From Fidelibacterota bacterium (GTDB lineage: Bacteria; Fidelibacterota; Marinisomatia; Marinisomatales; TCS55): a stretch of 18,452 nt of DNA. This document shows positions 8,255-17,640 of this stretch, piece by piece. The stretch covers positions 1 through 18,452 of the forward strand of contig JAPNQO010000009.1 in assembly GCA_027251445.1 (NCBI GenBank). Reading direction: 5' to 3'. The notes beneath the pieces were generated by a model that saw nothing but the letters and a program-made list of their open reading frames with translations, did not search any database and was not told the origin of the DNA. A program made the translations under genes and the position numbers. Position 1 is the stretch's first letter; each line of letters starts with the position of its first letter.

Positions 8255-9625
8255 TTGATAAAGAAAAATAAACATATTATTTTTATTATTATTTTCTATT
8301 CTTTATTTGTTGAAAGTTTATTTTCTTCAGATACAATAGTTTATCGAGTTCCTATTCAAGGAGTTATTGATTTAGGCCTTCCAACTTATATTGAACGTAT
8401 TATTAATGAAGCTGAATCTAATCAAGCAGAGGCTATTATTTTTGATATAGACACATTTGGCGGCCGTGTAGATGCAGCAACACAAATAAAAGACGCTATT
8501 CTTGATTCTGACGTACCAACTATTGCATTCATTAATAGAAGAGCGATTTCAGCTGGTGCGTTAATTTCTTTATCATGTGAAAAAATATATATGACTGGCG
8601 GTGCAACAATTGGAGCTGCAACTGCAGTAGATATGTCAGGCAATAAAGCTTCAGAAAAAGTAATTAGTTATATGCGAGAAGAAATGGCATCAACAGCAGA
8701 AAATCGTAATAGAAATACTGATATTGCAAAGTGTATGGTAGATGAAGACTTATCTTTTTCACATGTAATTATTGATGATGATTCAATAGAAGTAACAGAT
8801 CTTGAAGGAAGAAAAGAAGGAAAGCTTATTACTTTAACTACTGAACAAGCATTAAAATATAAAATGGCAGATGGATTAGCTGAAGATTTAGATGAATTAT
8901 TAAACTTACTTGAATTAAATGGGGCAGAAGTAAAAACTTTCTACGAAAATTGGTCAGAAAATTTAGTGCGTTTTTTAACAAATCCTGTAGTCGCATCTCT
9001 TTTAACAACCTTTGGTTTTTTAGGAATACTTTTTGAATTACAAAGTCCAGGGTGGGGAATACCCGGCACTTTTGGGGCAGTATGCCTAACTCTATCATTA
9101 AGTGCTTCAGTTATTGTAAAGCTTGCCACAAAGTCAGATCTACTTATAGTATTTTTTGGTTTGAGTTTGCTTATGGTTGAAGCATTCTTAATCCCAGGTT
9201 TTGGTATTGCAGGATTAGCAGGAATTGGTGTTATTTTATGGGGACTTTATATGTTATTACTACCAGATGTACCTGTATCACAAGAGATATATGATTCTGC
9301 TATGACAGGTTTGACAATTGGATTAATTGGTGCAATAATTGCCGTAATTTTACTTTTTAGAATGATGACAAAAACAAAATTTTGGATCAAATTAACTTCA
9401 CCAGGTATTGAAAGCAGTGAAGAAGGATACAATACTTCATTAGGCTTAGAAAATCTAATTGGTGAGACCGGTGTAGCTACATCTGATTTAAGACCATCGG
9501 GATGGGTTCTTGTAAATAATGAAAAAATATTTGTTGTCACTGAGGGTGAGTTTGTTGATAAAGATCAGGAAATAAAGATTTTATCGGTTGATGGCAACCG
9601 AGTAGTTGTTAGAATTAATAATTGA
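8255..9625 (+). CDS. nfeD: Long-form NfeD (ClpP-like domain, membrane domain, OB-fold), YqeZ-like
   Basis: Motifs IDTFGGRVDAA, AISAGALI, IGAAT, SEKVISY, ELQSPGWGIPG, EAFLIPGFGIAG and C-terminal GETGVATSDLRPSG. It precedes floA. The TTG start is approximate. Confidence 0.92.
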   Translation: MIKKNKHIIFIIIFYSLFVESLFSSDTIVYRVPIQGVIDLGLPTYIERIINEAESNQAEAIIFDIDTFGGRVDAATQIKDAILDSDVPTIAFINRRAISAGALISLSCEKIYMTGGATIGAATAVDMSGNKASEKVISYMREEMASTAENRNRNTDIAKCMVDEDLSFSHVIIDDDSIEVTDLEGRKEGKLITLTTEQALKYKMADGLAEDLDELLNLLELNGAEVKTFYENWSENLVRFLTNPVVASLLTTFGFLGILFELQSPGWGIPGTFGAVCLTLSLSASVIVKLATKSDLLIVFFGLSLLMVEAFLIPGFGIAGLAGIGVILWGLYMLLLPDVPVSQEIYDSAMTGLTIGLIGAIIAVILLFRMMTKTKFWIKLTSPGIESSEEGYNTSLGLENLIGETGVATSDLRPSGWVLVNNEKIFVVTEGEFVDKDQEIKILSVDGNRVVVRINN

Positions 9626-9642
9626 ATTACTAGGAGTATATC

Positions 9643-10650
9643 ATGATAAGTTATGTAATGTTAGTGTTTGTTTTATTATTCATCCTTTTATTTTTCTATT
9701 TTGTACCATTAGGCCTATGGATACAAGCTGTAGTTAGTTTAGGGGTCGGGCGAATAACAATTATTGATCTTATACGAATGAGGCTAAGGAAAATTGCTCC
9801 AAGACTTGTTGTGGATGGGGTTATAAATAGCCATAAATCAGGCTTGAATACAATATCAACTGATATGCTTGAAACACATTATTTGGCAGGCGGAACAGTT
9901 CCAAATGTTGTATCTGCACTTATAGCAGCTGCAAAAGCAAATATTCCGTTACCATTTGAAACTGCAACAGCAATTGATTTAGCTGGTCGAGATGTAAAAG
10001 CTGCTGTAGAAACTAGTGTATACCCCAAAGTAATAGACGCTCCTAGAGATGGTTATCTTTCGGCTGTTGCAAAAGATGGAATCGAATTAAAGGCACGTGC
10101 AAGAGTAACTGTGAGAACTAATATACCAGGTTTAGTTGGTGGTGCCACAGATGACACTATTATAGCAAGAGTTGGAGAAGGGATTGTAAGTGCAATTGGA
10201 TCCTCTAGTACTTATGGATCTGTTCTTGAAAATCCAGATAATATTTCTCGAGCTGTTTTGCAAAAAGGTTTAGATGCTGGTACAGCATTTGAAATTTTAT
10301 CTATTGATATTGCAGATCTAGATGTTGGAAAAAATGTAGGTGCTCAGCTACAGGCAGATCAGGCAGAGGCGGATTTAAGAGTTGCTCAAGCAAAAGCTGA
10401 AACTAGACGAGCAATGGCCGTTGCAGAAGAACAAGAAATGATTGCACGAGTGCAAGAAATGCGTGCAAAAGTAGTTGAATCAGAAGCAGAGGTCCCTTTG
10501 GCAATGTCACAAGCATTTCGTGAAGGGAAATTAGGTGTTTTCGATTATTATAATATGCGTAATATTGAAGCAGATACCGATATGAGAGATTCAATTGCTG
10601 GAAGTAAAGAATCCGATTCTACCACTCAACCAGGGACCGAAGATAGTTAG
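9643..10650 (+). CDS. floA: Flotillin-like protein FloA (YqfA family)
   Basis: Motifs [74 protein letters not shown] and [15 protein letters not shown]. An AGGAG RBS lies at 9632-9636. Confidence 0.97.
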   Translation: MISYVMLVFVLLFILLFFYFVPLGLWIQAVVSLGVGRITIIDLIRMRLRKIAPRLVVDGVINSHKSGLNTISTDMLETHYLAGGTVPNVVSALIAAAKANIPLPFETATAIDLAGRDVKAAVETSVYPKVIDAPRDGYLSAVAKDGIELKARARVTVRTNIPGLVGGATDDTIIARVGEGIVSAIGSSSTYGSVLENPDNISRAVLQKGLDAGTAFEILSIDIADLDVGKNVGAQLQADQAEADLRVAQAKAETRRAMAVAEEQEMIARVQEMRAKVVESEAEVPLAMSQAFREGKLGVFDYYNMRNIEADTDMRDSIAGSKESDSTTQPGTEDS

Positions 10651-11157
10651 ATGGAAGGTCTAGCTTATTGGTTATTTATTGCGGTATTATATTTTTTGTC
10701 TTCTCTAATGAAGAGGAGGCAACAGAATTTTGCGCGTAAAAAATTAGACCAAGAAGATATTAAATATGAGCAAAATGATTTTGTAGAAACTGATCCTGAT
10801 ACCGAACCAGAGACTATGGATGATTTTTTTGATCAATTACGGAATTATGGTAAAGAATTTCTTGAGTCAGATGATGACATGGTTGAAGAAGAAGTTGAAA
10901 TTCAAGAAAAAGAATATATTGACCCTGAAATAACTGTTGAACCTGCAAAAGAAGAAACTTCAAGAGCTGTTTTTGGAGATTTATCTAAGAATTCACCAGA
11001 ACCTGTGCATCCAGAATATATAATAAAACAAAAGCATACCCTAAATACATCAGAATTAGTCAGTTCTTTATTAAATGATGATAATAAAGTCAAAAAAGCG
11101 ATTATTTTAAAAGAAATATTTGACAAGCCACGTGCTTTAAGGAGAGCTATTCGATAG
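10651..11157 (+). CDS. YqfB-like protein: N-terminal membrane anchor, acidic linker, short conserved-looking C-terminal motif
   Basis: Third gene after nfeD-floA. N-terminal TM segment (LAYWLFIAVLYFLSSLM), D/E-rich middle, and a C-terminus of KKAIILKEIFDKPRALR. Confidence 0.7.
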   Translation: MEGLAYWLFIAVLYFLSSLMKRRQQNFARKKLDQEDIKYEQNDFVETDPDTEPETMDDFFDQLRNYGKEFLESDDDMVEEEVEIQEKEYIDPEITVEPAKEETSRAVFGDLSKNSPEPVHPEYIIKQKHTLNTSELVSSLLNDDNKVKKAIILKEIFDKPRALRRAIR

Positions 11158-11162
11158 CAATA

Positions 11163-11756
11163 TTATACTAAATCATTATATATATCACTTAGTGCAACTT
11201 TAAGTTCTTTTTCAGTTCCATCATTATGAACAACAAAGTCTGCAAGCGCAATCTTTTCTTCTTCAGGCCATTGTAAATCAATCCTTTTTAATATTTCTTC
11301 TCTACTAAGAGTTTCTCTAGCTAAAGCGCGTTCCATTCTAATTTTTATTAATGTTGTAATAACAATAACATAATCCATATGTGTGTCAGCTCCAGACTCA
11401 TATATAAGGGCAGCATCTACAACAAAAACATCATGGTTTCCATTTTCAAGTTCTTTATCAAAACATTTATCAATTTCTTTAAATACATAGGGATGTATTA
11501 TTGTATTTAATCTAAGCTGATGATCTTGATCTTGAAATGCAACACGAGCTAATTTATTATTATCAACTTTACCATCTCCTGTCATTATATCTGAACCAAA
11601 TTCGGATATTAATTCGTTTTTTATTGTTTCATTAGATAAGAGGATTTCTTTTGCTTCTTTATCTGCATCAAATATATACGCACCTAAATCACTAAGAATT
11701 TTACTAGCAGTGCTTTTTCCTGTACCAATACCACCTGTTAATCCAATGCGTAACAT
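11163..11756 (-). CDS. coaE: Dephospho-CoA kinase
   Basis: Motifs IGLTGGIGTGKST, DAD, LNTIIHPYV, DAALIYE and ADFVVHNDG. Confidence 0.96.
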   Translation of the reverse strand: MLRIGLTGGIGTGKSTASKILSDLGAYIFDADKEAKEILLSNETIKNELISEFGSDIMTGDGKVDNNKLARVAFQDQDHQLRLNTIIHPYVFKEIDKCFDKELENGNHDVFVVDAALIYESGADTHMDYVIVITTLIKIRMERALARETLSREEILKRIDLQWPEEEKIALADFVVHNDGTEKELKVALSDIYNDLV

Positions 11757-11758
11757 GT

Positions 11759-12400
11759 TTACTTAAGAACCTTTAAAATAATTTTATATACATTATCAAT
11801 ATTACCGCTACCATCGACTTTCTTAATAATCTCTTTTTTTTGATAATACGTAAGTAGTGGCGATGTTTGTTTATTATAAACTTCAAGCCTTTCAATTATT
11901 ACATCTTCACTATCATCAGATCTTTGTAATAATTTACCATCACATTTATCACATACACCTTCCATTTTAGTAAGAGAAAACAATAAATTTGTAATGTTTC
12001 CACATTTTTCGCAAGATCTCCTGCTTGACAATCTTTTAATTATATTTTTATTATCAAGCTCTATAGATATAACCGCATCTATTTTTTGGTTTTTTTGATG
12101 AAGAAAAACATCCAATCCTTGAGCTTGAGGAATTGTCCTTGGATATCCATCAAGAAGAAATCCTTTTTTGACATCTTTTTCATTAAGCCTTTTACTCATT
12201 ATCTTTAATAATTCGTTATCTGGTACTAAATGTCCTCTATCAATAAATGATTTGGCTTTATTACCTAAATTAGATCCTCGAGATATTTCCTTACGTAGTA
12301 TATCACCAGTTGATAAATGAACTATTTGAAAATATTCTTTAACAAGTTTAGCTTGTGTGCCTTTTCCTACTCCTGGTGGTCCAATAAATATTAAACGCAT
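11759..12400 (-). CDS. adk: Adenylate kinase with a four-Cys LID
   Basis: Motifs GPPGVGKGTQA, HLSTGDILR, GHLVPD, GFLLDGYPRTIPQA, C-x2-C-x16-C-x2-C, QRSDD and RLEVY..QTSPL. Confidence 0.97.
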   Translation of the reverse strand: MRLIFIGPPGVGKGTQAKLVKEYFQIVHLSTGDILRKEISRGSNLGNKAKSFIDRGHLVPDNELLKIMSKRLNEKDVKKGFLLDGYPRTIPQAQGLDVFLHQKNQKIDAVISIELDNKNIIKRLSSRRSCEKCGNITNLLFSLTKMEGVCDKCDGKLLQRSDDSEDVIIERLEVYNKQTSPLLTYYQKKEIIKKVDGSGNIDNVYKIILKVLK

Positions 12401-12426
12401 AATAAAACCCTATATAAATTATACGT

Positions 12427-13632
12427 TTAAATTAATATTCCTGCAATTGTTGCTGTTAACCAAGAAGCCAATGCTCCTCCAAACATAGTTTTAACTCCTA
12501 ATTTTGATATATCTTTTCTTCTTTCTGGCGCAATTCCTCCGATTCCACCAAGTTGAATCCCTATAGAAGCAAAATTTGCAAACCCACAAAGTGCATAGCT
12601 TGAAATAATTGCTGATCTTTCCGAAAGTAAATTATTAGAAATTGAACTAGATAAATCACCGTAAGCAATCAATTCAGTAAGAACTAATTTTTTACCCATT
12701 AGAGAACCAACTAAATTTGCTTCATTCCAAGGAACACCCATTGTCCAAGCTAAAGGGCTAAAAATCAATCCAAGAATTTGCTCTAGGCTAAATCCAAATA
12801 TCCCAAGTAAGGCATTTATCATTGCAATTATTGCTACAAAAGCAATTAACATAGCAGCAACATTTGCTGCTAATTTCATTCCATTTGTTGCTCCTCTTGA
12901 AAGAGCTTCCATAACATTATCATCATTATTTTCAATTGATATTACTAAATCACCTTTAGTTTTAGATTCCTCTGTTTCAGGATAAATTATTTTTGCTACC
13001 ACTAATGCAGCTGGAGCACTCATAATTGAAGCAGCTAATAAATGCCCTGCAATTCCAGGGACATCTCCAAGCATACTAACATACATTGCCATTACACCTC
13101 CTGCTACTGTAGCAAATCCTCCAATCATAACAGCTGTTAATTCGGAATTTGTCATAGTTGATACAAAAGGTTGAACTAATAACGGAGCTTCAGTTTGTCC
13201 AACGAATATATTTCCAGATATGCAGAGTGTTTCTGATCCGCTTGTGCCCATAGTTTTCTGCATAATTCTTGCTGTATTTTTTACCAAAAACTGCATTACC
13301 CCTAAGTGATATAATACTGTTATTAATGAGGAAAAGAAAATTAAGGTTGGTAATATTCTGAAGGCAAAATTCATTAAAGGACCTTCCACAATATTATTGC
13401 TGAATGATTTAAAAAGGAAATCACTTCCTGCATCAGAAAAACTAAGCAGATTTTTTATAAAAATATCTATAGTGCTAAAAAAAGGTATTCCAATTGGACT
13501 TTTTAAAATAATAATAGCAAAAATAAATTGTAAACTAAGTCCCCATATTACGAGTTTCCATGAAATAGCCGATCGGTTATTTGACATTGCAAATGCAATA
13601 CCCAATAAAACAATTACTCCCAAAATCCCCAT
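12427..13632 (-). CDS. nupC: Concentrative nucleoside transporter (CNT/NupC family)
   Basis: Motifs FAFRILPTLIFFSSL, GTSGSE, NIFVGQTEAPL, GGFATVAGG, HLLAASIMSAP and YALCGFANFASIGIQLGG. Confidence 0.94.
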   Translation of the reverse strand: MGILGVIVLLGIAFAMSNNRSAISWKLVIWGLSLQFIFAIIILKSPIGIPFFSTIDIFIKNLLSFSDAGSDFLFKSFSNNIVEGPLMNFAFRILPTLIFFSSLITVLYHLGVMQFLVKNTARIMQKTMGTSGSETLCISGNIFVGQTEAPLLVQPFVSTMTNSELTAVMIGGFATVAGGVMAMYVSMLGDVPGIAGHLLAASIMSAPAALVVAKIIYPETEESKTKGDLVISIENNDDNVMEALSRGATNGMKLAANVAAMLIAFVAIIAMINALLGIFGFSLEQILGLIFSPLAWTMGVPWNEANLVGSLMGKKLVLTELIAYGDLSSSISNNLLSERSAIISSYALCGFANFASIGIQLGGIGGIAPERRKDISKLGVKTMFGGALASWLTATIAGILI

Positions 13633-13647
13633 TATCTATTCCTAATG

Positions 13648-14205
13648 TTAATTTGGCCCTTCATAACAGTGTCTACACCTTGCTTCATATATATCTGTTT
13701 CCCCAATAACTACTTGTTTATTATCCTTGGATAGTCTCTGGGTATATGACGCTGGGTTTCCACACTTAACACATATTGCTTGAAGTTTATCAAGGAAGTC
13801 TGCTTCACACATTAATTTTGGCATAGGGCCAAAAGGTTCCCCCTTAAAATCAGTATCTAAACCAGCAATTATCACTCTTTTACCCTTTGAAGAAAGATCT
13901 TTTGCAATTTCTATTATACTTTCATCAAAAAACTGGGCCTCATCAATACCAACCACATCGGCATCACTTGCAAGGTCATTTAATTCATTTATTGATTTTA
14001 CCGCTAACGACTCTAGCTTTAGTTGATTATGAGATACAATATTTCCTTCTTCATATCTAGTATCAATTTTTGGTTTAAATATTTTTACATTTAATCTAGC
14101 TATTTTTGCTCTTCTTAATCTTCTTATCAGTTCTTCAGTCTTTCCACTGAACATATTCCCACATATTACCTCTATACTCCCAAAGCTATTTTGTTCTTTT
14201 ATCAT
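13648..14205 (-). CDS. tdk: Thymidine kinase (type II)
   Basis: Motifs ICGNMFSGKTEEL, FKPKIDTRY, IDEAQFF, AGLDTDFKGEPFG, and zinc ligands CVKC...RCRHC. Confidence 0.97.
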   Translation of the reverse strand: MIKEQNSFGSIEVICGNMFSGKTEELIRRLRRAKIARLNVKIFKPKIDTRYEEGNIVSHNQLKLESLAVKSINELNDLASDADVVGIDEAQFFDESIIEIAKDLSSKGKRVIIAGLDTDFKGEPFGPMPKLMCEADFLDKLQAICVKCGNPASYTQRLSKDNKQVVIGETDIYEARCRHCYEGPN

Positions 14206-14582
14206 AACGAATCCTTATCAAATGCATTTGGTAATAATTGTTTACTGCTAGTAGTATCTATATTTCTAGAGTTATCAGTAATATAAACAGATATATCTCC
14301 GCAAAGATCCCAAATTACTTGTCGACAGGCACCACAGGGTTTGCCTCCATTATTAGTTGCGACAGCTAAAGCCTTAAATTGTGTGTGCCCACTAGAAATC
14401 GCATTATAAATTGCTATTCTTTCGGCGCAGCATGTTAAGCCATAACTGCTGGATTCAATGTTGCATCCTCCAAAAATTTTATCTGATTTCGTTAAAACTG
14501 CTGAACCGACCTTATAATCTGAATAAGGAGCAATTGCCCTATCACGCATTTTAATTGCTTGTTCAATTAATTGTTCTTTCAT
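14202..14582 (-). CDS. cdd: Cytidine deaminase (short, homotetrameric type)
   Basis: Motifs APYSDYKVG, GCNIESSSYGLTCCAER, PCGACRQ and LLPNAF; 126 aa. Confidence 0.96.
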   Translation of the reverse strand: MKEQLIEQAIKMRDRAIAPYSDYKVGSAVLTKSDKIFGGCNIESSSYGLTCCAERIAIYNAISSGHTQFKALAVATNNGGKPCGACRQVIWDLCGDISVYITDNSRNIDTTSSKQLLPNAFDKDSL

Positions 14583-15226
14583 TCTATTTTTATTATTTTA
14601 AATAAATAATTAAACAATACTCCTGAAATAAACCCACCAATATGTGCAAACCATGCTGTGCCGCCAGTCTGTTCAATTCCTAATGTACCTATTCCTGCAG
14701 TAAGATTTGATAAAAACCAAAATCCTATTACTATCATTGCTGGCACACGAATAAAAGTTATAAAAACAATTAAAATAACCAAAACATGAACAGTCGCGCG
14801 AGGGAATCGGAATAAATAGGCACCAAGGACACCTGCAATCGCCCCACTTGCACCTACCATTGGAATGGTTGACTCTGGGTCTATTTGTATTTGTGATAAT
14901 CCTGCGCCTATGCCGCATAAGAAATAAAATAGTAAATATTTTTTATGACCTAATACGCTTTCAATATTGTCGCCAAATATCCATAAAAACCACATATTGA
15001 AAATTATATGCGTAAAACCTCCATGCATAAACATGGATGAAAAAATAGTTAAGATAGTTGGGTTAGCTGGTATAAGGGCATATGTATATATAAAGTTTTC
15101 AGAAAGTTGTGCCCCTTGAATAATGAAATATTGGTATATAAACACCAAGACATTTAATCCAATTATAAAATATGTTACGAATGGAATTAATACTCTAGGG
15201 TTATCATCTTTGTAGGGAAAAAACAT
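14579..15226 (-). CDS. Rhomboid-family intramembrane serine protease (S54)
   Basis: Motifs SMFMHGGFTHIIFNMWFLWIFGDNIE, VGASGAIAGVLGAY (catalytic Ser) and AWFAHIGGF (catalytic His). Confidence 0.95.
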   Translation of the reverse strand: MFFPYKDDNPRVLIPFVTYFIIGLNVLVFIYQYFIIQGAQLSENFIYTYALIPANPTILTIFSSMFMHGGFTHIIFNMWFLWIFGDNIESVLGHKKYLLFYFLCGIGAGLSQIQIDPESTIPMVGASGAIAGVLGAYLFRFPRATVHVLVILIVFITFIRVPAMIVIGFWFLSNLTAGIGTLGIEQTGGTAWFAHIGGFISGVLFNYLFKIIKIE

Positions 15227-17481
15227 TAGTCAACCATAAATGTTGAGCTTCCAGAAACTATGTTCCCAGCTTTATCAGAAATTTGATATTTCATTGTATG
15301 CTCACCTGCCTCAAAGGGGGCAGGGAGATAGTAAGACATTTCTTTTTTGATTGGTTGAAAAGCATGTCTAACTGGTATGCCATCCAGTTCTAATCTCATA
15401 GAATTTTCAGCAGAATTCAGTCCCGATAAATAATCATCAGCAATAATTGATATGGTTCTTAAATCTTTATAATGAAACTTTCCTCCATTTTCAGGATATA
15501 CTTTTCTAATAAATGGAGGTTCAATATCCTGCATTATACTAATAGCATCTAAAGAAAAAATTGTGCTTGAAATAACCTGTCTATTTTTATTCATTTTACT
15601 TGGCAAAAAAGACCAGCCATGTTTTTGGTTATAATAGTACAGTGAAAGATTAATCATATCTTTTGCTTTATTATTATATCGAATGCCAATACGAATTGTG
15701 TCTTTTAACGCTAGTTCAAAAGGTTGTAGTTGATAAACAGGAGAAACTCTATTTCCACCTTTTGGTTCTACTGGATGATTAATTTTTTCTATCCAAACTA
15801 ATGATGTATCATATAAAGAATTATTTGTTATTTGTATTGAACAATCTTTATCATTTGATAAAATATTTGTTAGCTTATTAGGTGAAGCAACTATCGGGTC
15901 AATATTAAGTTGAATAATTCGCTCAATTTCCCCATCAAAAAAAGCGTCAATCCGTTTAGTTTTTTTGAAAATAGAAGGTACAAGTAAATCAGAGGTATAA
16001 ACTGTAGGTTGTATTTTTGTTAATGGAATTGATATATACTCATCTTCTTTTAATAGACGTAAGCTTGTTTTTCCTGAAGTAAAACCATTCGTTTCAATTT
16101 GTGCTATGAGTTTGTGTTCGATAGTACTAAATGTTATATCTATATCCATTTCAGTAAGTCTTCGTTCCGAATTTGGATCATGCCATGTAAGTGGAGATCC
16201 ATATACACCCAGTTTATTTTTTACAATAAAAGACACCCCATGTTTTCCTAATTTAGATTTTGGTAAATGAATTCTAAGTCCGGAACGGTCTTTTTTACTT
16301 TTTACAATTGATAATTCTTCATCTGGGTATCCATACGCTGTATAGCTATAACAGCTAATTTTGGTAAGCGGTATATTTAAAGTAACGGGCTGGATATTGA
16401 ATTCAATGGTATTGTCATGCCATTCAACATCTTTAATAGCAACTTTAACAGGGGGATAATTAATAAATGTTCCCTTAACTCTTGTTGTATTCCCAGAAGC
16501 ATCAGATATTTGAATTTCAACCTTATGGTACCCAGGTGTAAAATTAAGAGTGCCAGAAGGTCCAGAGTCTACAATAGTACTATTGGAAAATGTATTTAAC
16601 TTATAAAGTTTTGTAAATGAACCCAGGTTTAATCTATGAAAGCGGTTTTCTCTAGTCTGATTTACTGTATATTTTTGTTCAAAGTCTAGTTTGCTATAAT
16701 TAAGGGAAAATACATTTTGATCATCTACTAATAACTGGATAGATTGAATTTGATATTTATTTTTTGCACCTTGTATCTTATCATCTATTTCTATTGCTAT
16801 ACCAATAGGGCCAAAACAACTAATTGTATCGGGAAGTTCCAATCCTCCTCCCGTGGAAGCTGCAAATAATGGATATGCTCTTGGTATTGAACTACCATTT
16901 ATTTTACTAGACGTTGATAGGGGAATTATGCCGATTTGAAGAACTCTAGGATTTCGGTAATCATCAATATTTAGACCATTTATTAAGGGATTAATTGGTT
17001 GAGATTTACTATTACGTAATTCAAAGTGTAAATGAGGGCCAAAAGAAGCACCCGTATTACCTGTATAGCCAATTATATCTCCTTTTTTAAATGGAAATTG
17101 TTCAGGAGAGAAATATTCATTTACAATGTAACTATTATTCTTTGCTTTAAGACTATACAAAATTGTTTCAAGACGGAAAGCAAATTCTTCTAGATGTGCA
17201 TAGACGGCAACATTGCCATCATTTAAAGTTAAATAAAGTGCTTTACCATATCCTGAAAAATTGGAGACCATGCGAGAAATATAACCATCTTCAATGGCAT
17301 ATACTGGCCATCCAGTTTCTTCAAGTGTCTTAATATCAATCCCCATATGATATCCGCCATCGCGAAACTCTCCAAAATTTGAGGATATTGCTTTACTTCC
17401 AATTGTAGGCCATTGATAATTTTGGCCATTTACTGCAGTAGAAAATAATATAATGATAAGTAAGCGATGAAACTGTTTCAT
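15226..17481 (-). CDS. Large exported M23-family metallopeptidase with C-terminal Ig-like domains
   Basis: Signal peptide; SSNFGEFR..YHMGIDIKT (HxxxD), VYAHL and GNTGASFGPHLHFELR (HxH). Two Ig-like strand ends (QISDASGN, QISDKAGN). Confidence 0.9.
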   Translation of the reverse strand: MKQFHRLLIIILFSTAVNGQNYQWPTIGSKAISSNFGEFRDGGYHMGIDIKTLEETGWPVYAIEDGYISRMVSNFSGYGKALYLTLNDGNVAVYAHLEEFAFRLETILYSLKAKNNSYIVNEYFSPEQFPFKKGDIIGYTGNTGASFGPHLHFELRNSKSQPINPLINGLNIDDYRNPRVLQIGIIPLSTSSKINGSSIPRAYPLFAASTGGGLELPDTISCFGPIGIAIEIDDKIQGAKNKYQIQSIQLLVDDQNVFSLNYSKLDFEQKYTVNQTRENRFHRLNLGSFTKLYKLNTFSNSTIVDSGPSGTLNFTPGYHKVEIQISDASGNTTRVKGTFINYPPVKVAIKDVEWHDNTIEFNIQPVTLNIPLTKISCYSYTAYGYPDEELSIVKSKKDRSGLRIHLPKSKLGKHGVSFIVKNKLGVYGSPLTWHDPNSERRLTEMDIDITFSTIEHKLIAQIETNGFTSGKTSLRLLKEDEYISIPLTKIQPTVYTSDLLVPSIFKKTKRIDAFFDGEIERIIQLNIDPIVASPNKLTNILSNDKDCSIQITNNSLYDTSLVWIEKINHPVEPKGGNRVSPVYQLQPFELALKDTIRIGIRYNNKAKDMINLSLYYYNQKHGWSFLPSKMNKNRQVISSTIFSLDAISIMQDIEPPFIRKVYPENGGKFHYKDLRTISIIADDYLSGLNSAENSMRLELDGIPVRHAFQPIKKEMSYYLPAPFEAGEHTMKYQISDKAGNIVSGSSTFMVD

Positions 17482-17571
17482 GATGAAAACAATTTATTTA
17501 TACGAAAAAGCATATTCAAAGATAGAATCATTAATTTTATAAACATTTTCTTTATGTTTACAATTGAAAAA

Positions 17572-17600
17572 TTGATGCCTTGTTTACTAGTTCATAAAAT
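17572..17600 (+). promoter_or_regulatory. Putative sigma70-type promoter for the 17644 gene
   Basis: TTGATG (17572-17577), a 17-nt spacer, then TAAAAT (17595-17600) in the largest intergenic gap. The AT-rich background lowers certainty. Confidence 0.5.
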
Positions 17601-17619
17601 GTAAATTCTATAGATTTAC
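17601..17619. promoter_or_regulatory. Palindromic candidate operator GTAAAT-N7-ATTTAC
   Basis: GTAAATTCTATAGATTTAC. Removing one T gives a perfect 18-bp palindrome. It lies directly after the predicted -10. Confidence 0.4.
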
Positions 17620-17634
17620 TTTTTAAATATTAAC

Positions 17635-17640
17635 GGAGGT
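17635..17640 (+). promoter_or_regulatory. Shine-Dalgarno sequence
   Basis: GGAGGT followed by AAA and the ATG at 17644. Confidence 0.8.

Noticed and set aside
13648..14582. cdd/tdk as an anti-phage nucleotide-depletion system or phage auxiliary genes
   Set aside because: Both are canonical short salvage enzymes next to nupC, with no defence or phage context.
483..17429. Short alternative ORFs (483-719, 2018-2215, 3841-4095, 6798-6983, 8422-8643, 8838-9098, 8941-9129, 9247-9540, 10403-10594, 10902-11126, 13397-13645, 14673-14918, 16417-16599, 17229-17429)
   Set aside because: All lie essentially within well-supported genes, antisense or out of frame, with no recognisable motifs. They are shadow ORFs.
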